Shown: positions 26,802 to 36,700 of the stretch, in pieces
Position numbering within the stretch: the stretch's first letter is position 1
Layout of the letters: every line of letters starts with the position of its first letter
Assembly: GCA_041742595.1 (NCBI GenBank)
Contig: JBGSIJ010000003.1
Span: 107,409-171,408 of the forward strand
DNA: 64,000 nucleotides
DNA from: Fimbriimonadaceae bacterium
GTDB taxonomy: Bacteria > Armatimonadota > Fimbriimonadia > Fimbriimonadales > Fimbriimonadaceae
Reading direction: 5' to 3'
The notes under the pieces: generated by a model
What the model saw: the letters and a program-made list of their open reading frames with translations, nothing else
Told to the model about the DNA's origin: nothing
The model's database searches: none
Position numbers and translations under genes: made by a program

Positions 26802-29800
26802 ATGGGAGTGGGGATTGTATTACTCGCCGCCAGCCTTGGGGCCGGCGGACACCTTTCGGCAACGTCGTCTCAGGCGCCGTTGCTCCTTCGAAATCCGGCC
26901 ATTGGTCCGGATTCCATCGTTTTCAGCTTCGCCGGCGACCTCTGGTCGGTTCCTAGGAATGGTGGACGCGCGGGACGACTCACCGTTTCGCCCGGAGTCG
27001 AGACGGACGCCGCTTTCTCGCCGGATGGCAAGTGGATCGCCTTCAGCGGCACCTACGACGGAAACCCGGATGCGTACGTCATCCCGGCCAGCGGAGGGAC
27101 GCCCCGCCGGCTCACATATTTCCCGGGACCCGACGGCGTGGCCGGCTGGTCGCCCGACGGAAAGTCGGTGCTGGTGCTCTCCACCCGGGGCGGCTACCTT
27201 CCGATCCCCAAGATCTACAAGGTCCCCGCGCAAGGGGGAGTCGCCGAGATGCTCCCGTTCCCGCGAGTTCGCGAGGGATCCCTATCGCCAGATGGCGCTC
27301 GCCTGGCCTACAGCCCGGGATTCCAATTCCAGGAGGCCTGGAAGCGCTACCGGGGTGGCCAGACCTACCCGATCTGGATCGGCCAACTTGCAGACTCCAA
27401 GGTCAAGGAGATTCCGCGCAACAACTCCAACGACAAGAACCCGATGTGGGTGGGCAACTCGGTCTACTTCATCTCGGACCGCAATGCCGGCATCTTTGGC
27501 TTGTTCCGCTACGATGTCGCCAGCAACAAGGTCAGTGAGGTCGTGAAGGGCGAAGGCATGGACATCAAGTCCGCCACTGCTGGCTTTGGCGCTATCGCCT
27601 ACGAGAAGTTCGGTAGCCTCCGGGTCTACGACCTGGAAACCAAGACCGACAAGGAAGTCCCCGTTGAAATCGACGGCGATTTCGCCGAGGTTCGGCCCCA
27701 GTTCAAGACGGCCGGCCCGTCCAACCTGTCCATCTCGCCCAGCGGCGCCCGCGTCGCGGTCGAGGCGCGAGGCCATGTGGTCACCGTTCCCGCCGCCAAG
27801 GGAGACCCGCGGGATCTGACCCCCGAGCCGGGAGTGGCCAATCGCTATCCCGCGTGGTCGCCGGACGGAAAGACGCTGGCCTACTACTCGGACAAGGGCG
27901 GCGAGTACAAGCTCGTTCTCCGCAACTCGAACTCCGACGAGAGCCGAACCGTGGAGCTAGGCGAGGCGCCCGGCTACTATTATCAGCCCGTTTGGTCGCC
28001 GGACAGCAAGCGCATCGGCTACTGGGACAACAAGCACAACCTCTGGAGCCTAGACGTGGCGAGCGGGGTCAGCACCAAGATCGACACCGCCACCTACGAG
28101 GACCCAACCCGCGAAGCCAACATCGCTTGGTCGCCCGACTCGCAATGGATGGTTTGGTCACGGGACCTGGACACCCAGTTCAACGCGGTCTTCCTCTACA
28201 GCTTCGAGCAGAAGAAAAAGGTCCAGGTGACCGATGGCCTTAGCGATGCCAAATTCCCGGCATTCGACAACGGCGGCAAGTACCTGTACTTCATCGCCAG
28301 CACGGATACCGCTTCCAGCACGGCGTGGCTGGACCTTTCGGTTCTTGCCTTCCAGAACAAGACTAGCAGCGTCTACTGCGCGGTCCTCAAGGCCGACGAG
28401 CCAGACCCCCTCAAGCCGGAATCGGACGAGGAGGGCGTGGCTCCCGCCAAGCCTGCAGAATCCAAGTTCGGAATCGACCTGGAGGGTCTCGACCAGCGCG
28501 TGGTCACCCTTCCCGTACCGGCCCGTAACTACGTGGCGCTGAAGGCCGGCACGCCCGGATCGGTGCTTCTGCTCCACACCGGCCTCACCCCCACCACCCC
28601 GACCCCCGCGCCGGTGGCGCTCACGAAGTTCGACTTCGCCAGCAAGGCCAACATGCCTCTGGCCAACAACGTTCAGGCCATCGACGTCACCCCGAAAGGC
28701 GACAAGATGCTCCTGATCGTGGGCGGCCAGGCGCTCATCGCCTCGACCATGGCCCCGCCTCCTCCCGGCGCGGGAGCCATCAGCCTGAACCTCGACGTGA
28801 GAATCGATCCGCGAGCCGAGTGGCGGCAGATGTTCCACGAGGCCCTGCGTGTGCAGCGCGACTTCTTCTACGATCCCAACCTCCATGGCCAGGATGTGAA
28901 GAAGCTGGCAGCCCGCTACGAGCCGTACCTGGAGAACCTCAGCTCGCGCGCCGATCTGAACTACATCCTCGAGGACATGCTGGGCGAAATCAGCGTGGGC
29001 CACATGTACATCAGCGGCGGGGACATCCCCGGCGTTCGCGGTCCCGGCGGCGGACTCCTCGGCGCGGACTATGTGCTAGAGGCCAACCGCTACAAGCTAA
29101 GCAAGGTGCTTACCGGCGAGAGCTGGAATCCAGGCACCCGGGCTCCGCTGACCCAGCCGGGCGTGGCCGCCAAGGTCGGCGAGTTCATCCTCGCGATCGA
29201 CGGAAAAGAGCTCTACGCCAAGGACGACATCTACCAGGCGCTCGAGGGCAAGGCCGGAAAGCAGATCAAGGTGAAGATCGGCCCGAACGCCGACGGCACC
29301 GGCTCGCGAGAGGTCGTGGTGGTCCCGGTCGGCAGTGAGAGCGGCCTCCGCTACTTGGCTTGGCGTGAGGACAACCGGCGTACGGTTGCCAAGCTCAGCG
29401 GCGGCAAGTTGGGTTACGTTCACGTCCCCGACACGAACCTCGGCGGCTGGAACGGGTTCAACCGGTTCTACTACAGCCAGAAGGATCGCGACGGGCTGAT
29501 CATCGACGAGCGCTTCAACGGCGGCGGCAGCGTGGACGACTACATGGTCGACCAGATGATCCGACCGATGCGCAGCATGTGGACCGCGCGCTACGGCAAG
29601 GACTTCGCCAGTCCTGCCAGCCAGCACTTCGGCCCTAAGGTCATGATCATCGACCAGTACGCCGGCTCCGGCGGCGACTACTTCCCGTGGCACTTCCGAG
29701 AAGCCAAAGCGGGCCCGATCGTGGGCAAGCGAACGTGGGGCGGCCTCGTAGGCATCCTCATCTTCCCGCAACTGGTGGATGGCGGTAGCGTCACCTCGCC

Positions 29801-30017
29801 CAATATTGCCTTCTACAACCCAGACGGGAAGTGGGAGATCGAGAACTACGGCGTCCCGCCGGACGTCGAGGTCGAGTACGACCCGTTCCTCTGGCGGCAG
29901 GGCCGAGATGCCCAGCTCGAGAAGGCGGTCGAGGTCGCGATGGAGCGACTGAAGACCTGGAAGAAGCCGGAGATCAAGAAGCCGGCCTATCCCAACAAGA
30001 GCAAGCTCCCCGGCTAA
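26802..30017 (+). CDS. Tricorn-protease-type S41 peptidase (TolB-like beta-propellers, PDZ and C-terminal S41 catalytic domain)
   Basis: The protein is 1071 aa. The C-terminal region (…DERFNGGGSVDDYMV…GKRTWGGLVGI…NYGVPPDVEVEYDP) aligns with tricorn core protease motifs, including the catalytic Ser region. An N-terminal signal peptide is present. Confidence 0.8.
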   Translation: MGVGIVLLAASLGAGGHLSATSSQAPLLLRNPAIGPDSIVFSFAGDLWSVPRNGGRAGRLTVSPGVETDAAFSPDGKWIAFSGTYDGNPDAYVIPASGGTPRRLTYFPGPDGVAGWSPDGKSVLVLSTRGGYLPIPKIYKVPAQGGVAEMLPFPRVREGSLSPDGARLAYSPGFQFQEAWKRYRGGQTYPIWIGQLADSKVKEIPRNNSNDKNPMWVGNSVYFISDRNAGIFGLFRYDVASNKVSEVVKGEGMDIKSATAGFGAIAYEKFGSLRVYDLETKTDKEVPVEIDGDFAEVRPQFKTAGPSNLSISPSGARVAVEARGHVVTVPAAKGDPRDLTPEPGVANRYPAWSPDGKTLAYYSDKGGEYKLVLRNSNSDESRTVELGEAPGYYYQPVWSPDSKRIGYWDNKHNLWSLDVASGVSTKIDTATYEDPTREANIAWSPDSQWMVWSRDLDTQFNAVFLYSFEQKKKVQVTDGLSDAKFPAFDNGGKYLYFIASTDTASSTAWLDLSVLAFQNKTSSVYCAVLKADEPDPLKPESDEEGVAPAKPAESKFGIDLEGLDQRVVTLPVPARNYVALKAGTPGSVLLLHTGLTPTTPTPAPVALTKFDFASKANMPLANNVQAIDVTPKGDKMLLIVGGQALIASTMAPPPPGAGAISLNLDVRIDPRAEWRQMFHEALRVQRDFFYDPNLHGQDVKKLAARYEPYLENLSSRADLNYILEDMLGEISVGHMYISGGDIPGVRGPGGGLLGADYVLEANRYKLSKVLTGESWNPGTRAPLTQPGVAAKVGEFILAIDGKELYAKDDIYQALEGKAGKQIKVKIGPNADGTGSREVVVVPVGSESGLRYLAWREDNRRTVAKLSGGKLGYVHVPDTNLGGWNGFNRFYYSQKDRDGLIIDERFNGGGSVDDYMVDQMIRPMRSMWTARYGKDFASPASQHFGPKVMIIDQYAGSGGDYFPWHFREAKAGPIVGKRTWGGLVGILIFPQLVDGGSVTSPNIAFYNPDGKWEIENYGVPPDVEVEYDPFLWRQGRDAQLEKAVEVAMERLKTWKKPEIKKPAYPNKSKLPG

Positions 30018-30036
30018 CGTGCTGAGGAGATGTCAA

Positions 30037-30071
30037 ACGCCCGGTGCCGCGTTGGCGTCGGGCGTTTTTGC
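30037..30071 (+). terminator. Rho-independent terminator after the tricorn-type protease gene
   Basis: A GC-rich hairpin (AACGCCCG…CGGGCGTT) is followed by TTTTT. Confidence 0.55.
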
Positions 30072-30189
30072 TTGCTGCAATACGGTCACCCGTTGGGACC
30101 AATGCCCCGGTGGCTTGGAAGCATCCGGGTACTCTTGACGAGCGATGCTGCTGTAACTCTCCGGACCGTTTCTTCCCCATCGGCATCCC

Positions 30190-31488
30190 GTGCCGATCCG
30201 TCCGTACTTGAGGAGCATCCCCTTGTCAAAAGCCCTATCCGACCTAACTCCGCTTGAAACCGCCCTCCTTGTCCTCGTCAACGAGGATGAAGCCGACGAC
30301 CAGATGGTCGAGGAGGAGCTCATTGGCCTCTGCGAGGCCGCCCGCGTCGAACCCGTCGGCGTCATCCGTCAGCGCCTAGACCGACCGTACAAGCCAACCT
30401 ACGTGGGCTCCGGCAAAGTCGGCGAGATCGCCGCGATGGCGGCTGAGCTCGGCGTCGACCTTGTCCTCATCGACGGCGAAGTCTCTGGCATCCAACAGCG
30501 AAACCTAGAGGAAGCCATGGAGCGCAAGGTCGTGGATCGCACCCAGCTGATCCTGGACATCTTTGCGCGCCGTGCCCGGACCAAGGAGGGAATGCTCCAA
30601 GTAGAGCTTGCCCAGCTGACGTACATGATGCCCAAGCTCATGAGCGTCTACACGAAGTTCGAGCGCCAGAAGGGCGGCATCGGCATGCGCGGCCCGGGTG
30701 AAACGAAGCTGGAAAGCGATCGCCGCATGGTGAAGCAACGCGTGGCTCGACTCAAAGACGAGATCGACGAGGTCAAGCGCCACCGGGACCAGCAACGCGC
30801 CAGCCGTCGCAAGCACCCGTTCCCGTTCGCCTCGATCGTCGGCTACACGTCGGCGGGGAAGTCGACCCTGATGAACCGGCTTGCCGGCACCGACCTGCTT
30901 GCCGACGCCATGCCCTTCGCCACCCTGGACCCAACCACCCGCAAGGTGGACCTCCCCGATGGCTACGCCCTGTTCCTGACCGACACCGTCGGCTTCATTC
31001 GCAACCTGCCTACCCACCTGGTCGCGGCCTTCCAATCCACGCTTGAGGAGACGACGTTTTCGGACTTCATCCTCCACGTGGTGGACGTCAGCAACCCCGC
31101 CTGGGAGAGCCAGATGGATTCCGTTCTGGAAACCCTGCGCCTACTCGGCGCGGCCGATAAGCCGATGCTGAACCTCTTCAACAAGATCGACGCGGCGCCA
31201 GACCCGGTCCTGATCCAGCATCAGATCGCCGAGTTTCCCAACGCGGTCGGCATCAGCGCCCTCACCGGGCAGGGAATGCCCGAGTTGATGGCGCGGATCA
31301 AGGAGATGGTGCAGGAACTGCTTGGCTCGGTGAAGGCCCTCGTGCCCTACTCGGAGAACCGTCTCGTTCAGGAGTGCTACGACTTCGGCCGCGTGCTGAA
31401 AGAGGAGTACCGCGAGGACGGCATCTACGTAGAAGCCGAGCTTGTAGCGGAGATGCGCCGCAAGCTCGAGAAGTACGCGGTCGCCTAA
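30190..31488 (+). CDS. hflX: GTPase HflX
   Basis: The HflX N-domain and G-domain are present, with G1 GYTSAGKST, G3 DTVGF and G4 NKID. Confidence 0.85.
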   Translation: MPIRPYLRSIPLSKALSDLTPLETALLVLVNEDEADDQMVEEELIGLCEAARVEPVGVIRQRLDRPYKPTYVGSGKVGEIAAMAAELGVDLVLIDGEVSGIQQRNLEEAMERKVVDRTQLILDIFARRARTKEGMLQVELAQLTYMMPKLMSVYTKFERQKGGIGMRGPGETKLESDRRMVKQRVARLKDEIDEVKRHRDQQRASRRKHPFPFASIVGYTSAGKSTLMNRLAGTDLLADAMPFATLDPTTRKVDLPDGYALFLTDTVGFIRNLPTHLVAAFQSTLEETTFSDFILHVVDVSNPAWESQMDSVLETLRLLGAADKPMLNLFNKIDAAPDPVLIQHQIAEFPNAVGISALTGQGMPELMARIKEMVQELLGSVKALVPYSENRLVQECYDFGRVLKEEYREDGIYVEAELVAEMRRKLEKYAVA

Positions 31489-31541
31489 TTGGCGGCCGCT
31501 CCTTCAACCCTTTGGCGCCCGGTTTCGTCTGGATAGATGGA

Positions 31542-32459
31542 ATGACAGGAATCGCGTTCATAGGCTTTCTGCTTTTGTTGGTGGCCTTTGTGGTCCACGT
31601 GTCGCGTAGTCAGATGCCGGATCCCGCCCGTTCAAAGGGGCAGGCTTGGATTCTGGGTGTGATCGGCGTGCTGATGATCTTCGTCGGATCCATCGCGGGG
31701 GCGTTCACTCAGGTTCCTGCCGGTTACAGGGCGGTGCTCATGCGCTTCGGCGCGGTCCAGGGAATGCTCGGCGAGGGAATCCATTTCATCGTCCCCGGTG
31801 TAAACAGCGTGGAGTTGGTCGAAGTCCGCACCCAGAAGGAAGAGAGCACCGCGACGGCCGCCTCGCGCGACCTGCAGACCGTTTCCACCAGTCTCGCCCT
31901 AAACTTCCGCGTGGACCCGGCCAAGGTTGGCGAGCTCTACCAAAAGGTCGGCACCCAGTACAAGAGCCGAATCATCGACCCGGCGGTCCAGGAGTCGGTC
32001 AAGGTGGTCACCAGCCGCTACAGCGCGGAGGACCTGATCCGAAACCGCGCTCAGGTGAAAATGGAGGTCGAGGCCGAGATCACGAAGCGCCTCGGCGCCT
32101 ACAACCTGATCGTCGAGCCCAGCGGCCTGTCCATCACCAACTTCGACTTTTCGCCCGAGTTCAACAAGGCGATCGAAGCCAAGCAGGTCGCCCAGCAGCA
32201 ATCCGAGCAGCAGAAGTACGTACTGGCCCAGGCGCAACTGGAGCAGCAAACCGACATCGCCCGCGCCAAGGGTAAGGCGGAGGCCGCCAAACTCAACGCC
32301 GAAGCCCTGCGCGCCCAAGGAGGCTCGCTGGTCATCGCCCGCGAGTGGATCACCAAGTGGGACGGCAAACTCCCGCAGGTCGGCGGCGGCAACAACGGCT
32401 ACATGATCGACATCAAGTCGCTGATGGATTCCGCCAGCGAAGGCCGCCCTGGAAGGTAG
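31542..32459 (+). CDS. SPFH/band-7 (prohibitin/HflK/C-like) membrane protein
   Basis: The in-frame ATG gives MTGIAFIGFLLLLVAFVVH… (N-terminal TM), followed by an SPFH domain and a coiled-coil Ala/Gln/Glu tail. Confidence 0.8.
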   Translation: MTGIAFIGFLLLLVAFVVHVSRSQMPDPARSKGQAWILGVIGVLMIFVGSIAGAFTQVPAGYRAVLMRFGAVQGMLGEGIHFIVPGVNSVELVEVRTQKEESTATAASRDLQTVSTSLALNFRVDPAKVGELYQKVGTQYKSRIIDPAVQESVKVVTSRYSAEDLIRNRAQVKMEVEAEITKRLGAYNLIVEPSGLSITNFDFSPEFNKAIEAKQVAQQQSEQQKYVLAQAQLEQQTDIARAKGKAEAAKLNAEALRAQGGSLVIAREWITKWDGKLPQVGGGNNGYMIDIKSLMDSASEGRPGR

Positions 32460-32573
32460 TGATTGAGCCTTGAGGCAGGCGAGTTCTTCGGCCGCCATCG
32501 AAGGGTTGGGGGCATTCGTCGACCCCTAACTAGGCCTAGTCGCGAAGAGCTCGAAGTGGTTTAAGTCTCGAAT

Positions 32574-32636
32574 CCCAGTGCCTGCCCTGGGAATGGTGTC
32601 GCGACTCCAATCCCAACGGGTTTGCAGCCCCGGCCA
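32574..32636. repeat. Partial REP-like element (CCCAG…CCTGGG hairpin plus conserved tail)
   Basis: The sequence CCCAGTGCCTGCCCTGGG…GTGTCGCGACTCCAATCCCAACGGGTTTG resembles the tail of REP copy B. Confidence 0.45.
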
Positions 32637-32637
32637 C

Positions 32638-32734
32638 AACCCCTTTGGGGTTGGTGTTCTTGCGGACGAACCTCCCAGGGTAGGCACCGGCTGGTGCCAA
32701 CCCTGGGCTTCCGGGCCGAGAACCCCTTCGGGGT
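32638..32734. repeat. REP/BIME-like element, copy A (three hairpins)
   Basis: The three hairpins are AACCCCTTTGGGGTT, CCCAGGGTAGGCACCggctGGTGCCAACCCTGGG (with spacer CTTCCGGGCCGAG) and AACCCCTTCGGGGT. Copy A is near-identical in architecture to copy C. Confidence 0.7.
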
Positions 32735-32898
32735 AAATCCAAGGAGAAGATCACTGGATGTCAGCCAGAGCAAGTTCCATGGGCCGGCGCCGAAGCATTG
32801 AGGTCCTTGGCTGGACCCAAACTCGAGACCGAGCTGGCCCAAGGTCAAGTACTGGTGTTGATGCCCTGGATCCGCCTCTGACTCTGCCGCGTTCCGGC

Positions 32899-32993
32899 AA
32901 CCCCAAAGGGGTTCTGTCCCAAAAGCCCAGGGTTGGCACCCCGTGCCTACCCTGGGTGTGCCGTCGCGATTCTCAACCCCAACAGGGTTGTGG
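32899..32993. repeat. REP/BIME-like element, copy B (inverted orientation), immediately 3' of the RAYT gene
   Basis: The hairpins are AACCCCAAAGGGGTT, CCCAGGGTTGGCACcccGTGCCTACCCTGGG and AACCCCAACAGGGTTGTGG. Copy B is the reverse-complement arrangement of copies A and C. Confidence 0.7.
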
Positions 32994-32994
32994 C

Positions 32995-33441
32995 CTAATC
33001 CCACACGTAACGCTCATCCCAATTGAGGGAGTGCTCAAGGAGCAGGTCACGGAACTCGTCCTGGAAGGACCGAGTCTTGTGGTGCTCCTCCTGGGAAGCC
33101 ACGTATGCGCGGACGGCGGGTAGCTGAGCTTGGCCAACCGAGAAGGCCGCATACCCGCTCTGCCAGGAGAAGTCTGGGCGGTGCCCCTTCATCCATAGGC
33201 TTGATACACGTTTGAGTTCCTTAACCCAATCTGCGATGGCGGTTGTACGTCCCAGCCGGGCAAGAACGTGGACGTGATCCTCGACCCCTCCAACCAGCTC
33301 GGGCGGGCAGCCAAACTCGCGAGACACTCCTCCCATGTAAGCGTGCAAGTTCTGCCGAACCTCCTTTTCCTCTAGGTACACAATCCTGTTCTTCGTAGAG
33401 AAGACCAGGTGAACGTATGCGGCTGAGAAGGATTGGGGCAT
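32995..33441 (-). mobile_element. REP-associated tyrosine transposase (RAYT, IS200/IS605-like TnpA_REP), 148 aa
   Basis: The start is at internal M52 (MPQSFSAAYVHLVFSTKNR…). The HxH motif (HVHVL) and the catalytic Tyr region are present. The gene is flanked on both sides by inverted REP palindromes. Confidence 0.8.
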
Positions 33442-33465
33442 CGAAGCAATCCTACACTGGGCCGC

Positions 33466-33561
33466 AACCCCCCTTGGGGTTGGTGTTTGCCTACCAGCCA
33501 CCCAGGGTTGGCACGAAAACGTGCCAACCCTGGGCTTCCGGCTCCAGAACCCCTTCGGGGT
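33466..33561. repeat. REP/BIME-like element, copy C, 25 nt upstream of the RAYT start
   Basis: The hairpins are AACCCCCTTGGGGTT, CCCAGGGTTGGCACgaaaacGTGCCAACCCTGGG (a perfect 14-bp inverted repeat, with spacer CTTCCGGCTCCAG) and AACCCCTTCGGGGT. Confidence 0.75.
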
Positions 33562-33718
33562 AGGGCCAACGCGCGGGATCGAAGGCGTGGACAATGGCCA
33601 GTCTCAAGCGTCTCGCAGGATCCGGAAGTCGCTTAGCAGACTCACTGCGCGGCGTTACGCCGCCATCAACTGGCGAAGGTCTCGACGTCCTTGAGAGACC
33701 CAGATGCAAGCCACCACT

Positions 33719-36700
33719 CTACAGACCGAGCTTCTCGCGTTCCGCTTCTAGCTGCCGGAAGGCCTCGTCGAACGTCATTAGCAGCTTCTCGATCCCCAAG
33801 ATCGGGTTGCCGGTGTAGGGCCAGATGAACTGGCCCTGCGCCAGGTAGCACTCGCGGTTCTTCTTGGCCACGAGGCTGATGACTCGGGGTGGGACCGCTT
33901 CACGGTCGCTGAAGGTGATCGACAGCCGCCCCTGGCGGGCGTCCACCTTGCTCATCCCGAGATCGCGGGCGTGGATCCGCTGGCCCATAATCGCGAAGGC
34001 GTTGTGCACCTGCTCCGGCGGGTGGCCGTACCGATCCTCGATTTCGCCTTGCACCGCCGCCAGGCTCCCCTCGGTCCGGCAAGACATCATCTTCTGGTAG
34101 TAGTAGAGCCGCTGGGCTTGGTCCTTGATGTAGCCTTCGGGGAGCAGCGCCACTACGGGAACCTCGAACTGCGGAAGCGGCGTCAAGGACTCCAGCGGAT
34201 CCTTTACGTCGCCGGTGGACTGGCCGTCCACCGAATTCTTCAGCATCGCCACCGCCTCGTTGATGAGCTGGGTGTACAGCTCGTAGCCAACGTTGGCCAT
34301 CGCGCCATGCTGGCGTGCGCCAAGAAGCTCGCCGGCACCGCGAATCTGGAGGTCTCGGAAAGCCAAGGAGTAGCCGGAGCCAAGGGTCGAGAACTCCTGC
34401 AGCGCCTGCAAGCGAGCCATCCCTGATTCGGTCAGGTCCTTGCCGCTCGCATAGAGGAAGTAGGCGTAGGCTTGACGATCCGAGCGGCCGACCCGTCCAC
34501 GCAGTTGGTAGAGCTGCGAGAGGCCCAGACGGTCCGCGTTCTCCACGATCAGGGTGTTGGCGTTGGAGATGTCGATGCCGTTCTCGATGATCGTCGTGGA
34601 GAGCAAAATGTCGATCTCGCCCTTGATGAAGCCAATCATGATCGGCTCGAGCTCCTTTTCGTGCATCTGGCCGTGCCCGACGCCGATCCGGGCGGTGGGG
34701 ATTAGCTTGCGCAGCGACTCCGCGACGTGCTCGATCGACTCGACTCGGTTGTAGACGTAGAAGACCTGCCCGCCACGGGCAAGCTCGCGCAGAATCGCCT
34801 CGCGAATGACTTCTTTGCTGTAGGGCCGCAGGAAGGTACGGATCGGCAACCGGCCTGGAGGCGGGTCGTTGATCAGGGACATCTGTCGGATGTCCATCAG
34901 CGCCATGCTCAGGGTCCGGGGGATCGGGGTCGCGCTCAGGGTGAGCACGTCGACCTCGGTGCGGAGCTTCTTCAGAAGCTCCTTCTGCTTTACGCCGAAC
35001 TTCTGCTCCTCGTCAATGATCACCATCCCGAGGTCTTTGAACTCGATGCTAGAACCCAGAAGCGCGTGGGTGCCAAGGACGATATCGATCTCGCCGTTGC
35101 CCAGCCTCTTCTCCACGTCGCGCTTGTCGGGACCGGTGACGTAGCGGTTGATCAGACCAAGCTGAACGCCAAAACCGCCCAGGCGTTCCGCGAAGTTCCG
35201 GTAGTGCTGCTCGCTGAGGATCGTGGTGGGGCACAGAACGGCCACTTGCCGTTTGTCCTGCACCGCCTTGAAAGCGGCCCGGATCGCGACCTCGGTCTTT
35301 CCGAATCCAACGTCTCCGCAAACCAGTCGGTCCATGGGCCACTCCAGCTCCATGTCCTTCTTTGCTTCCTGGATTGCGGTGGCCTGGCTGGGGGTCTCCA
35401 CCCAGGGGAAGGTGGCCTCCATCTCGGCCTGCCAGGGGGTGTCCGGGCTATAGCGGGGACGGACGACCTTTTTGCGCGCCGCGTACAGCTTGACCAGGTC
35501 GCGGGCGAACTCCTTGGCTTCCTCCTTCGCTTTTCCCAGCGTGCGTTGCCACTCACCTCCCGTGAGCTTGTTTAGCTTCGGGTGCTCATCGCCCGGGTTC
35601 AGGTATTTCTGGATCCGATCCAGCTGGTCGGCTGGCACGAACAGCTTGTCGGGAGCCTGGTATTCGATGTAGAGGAACTCTTTCTCGACGCCCTGCTCGA
35701 TCCGCTTGACAAGTCCGCGGAAAACGCCTATCCCAAAGTGGATGTGGACCACGTAGTCGCCCGGCTTCAGGTCCAGCACGGTGGCGATCGGCGCGCCTTC
35801 CATAAAGCGCCGCTGAGGAAGTTTGAGCCGGGCAACGCCAAACAGCTCTCCATCCGTAACCACGGCCAACTTCTCGCCTTGGAGGATGAACCCTCCGCCG
35901 AGATTGCCGTGGGCCAGGAACTGCCCTCCCGATTCGCCCTCGGTGGGCATGCTGTCGAAAGGAAAGATCTCCGCCGCTTCCAGCACGCTCTTGGCGCGGT
36001 TGGGCTGATCCGTGGCAAAGACGCAGGAGACGCCCTCCTTGGTCCAGTTGCGCAGGGTGAGGGTAAGCGCCTCGCTTCGTCCGCGATAGGGATCGAGGCT
36101 TACCGCCTGGAGGTCGAGTTGGACGGGAAGCCTCAGCCAATCCGGAAGCGCGTTCATGGCGCTGAGGCTGACGATGCGGGAATGATCGGCGAAGTGCTCC
36201 GGCGGAAGCATGAAGTCGTTTGCCGTTGAGTGGAGGATCTCGCCGCGCTCCCGCCGAGCGGCGAGGGCTTGGCCGAGCTCCTCCTCGGAGCGCGCCGCGA
36301 TCGACTCCAATTCAAGCGGCTCGTCTAGGACGAGCAATCCGTCCTCGCCGAGCAAGTCGATTGCGCAACCCGAGTCTGGGTGGAGCATGGGTCGATAGAG
36401 GTCGAGGCGGTCGAAGTAGACCTTCGCCCCGAGAGCGTCGGCGTCTCCCGCAACCAGTTCCTCGAGGCGGGCCGAGGCTTCCGGGGCAAGCATCGCGGCC
36501 TCGCGCTCCATGCTTGAGGTCACCAGTTCGGCCAGCCCTTCGTGTCCTTCGACGTAGAGGGTTTCGCGAGAGGGTGCCATCGCCAGGCTCTCGATCTGTC
36601 CAACCGAGCGCTGGGAGTTCGGGTCGAACATCCTCAGGCTCTCGATCTCGTCGCCAAAGAACTCGATCCTGACGGGCAGGTCCCGCCCCGAGGCGTAGAT

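Noticed and set aside
32536-33123. ORFs 32536-32754(-), 32561-33004(-), 32751-32939(-) and 32758-33123(+) across the REP region
   Set aside because: They run through palindromic REP hairpins and antisense to the RAYT gene. Their composition is dominated by the repeats. The good-looking RBS before 32758 is probably fortuitous.
32574-33561. Palindromic repeats considered as a possible CRISPR or integron attC array
   Set aside because: The copies are irregularly spaced and in both orientations. They have REP/BIME-type hairpin structure and flank a RAYT gene. There are no spacers and no integrase.
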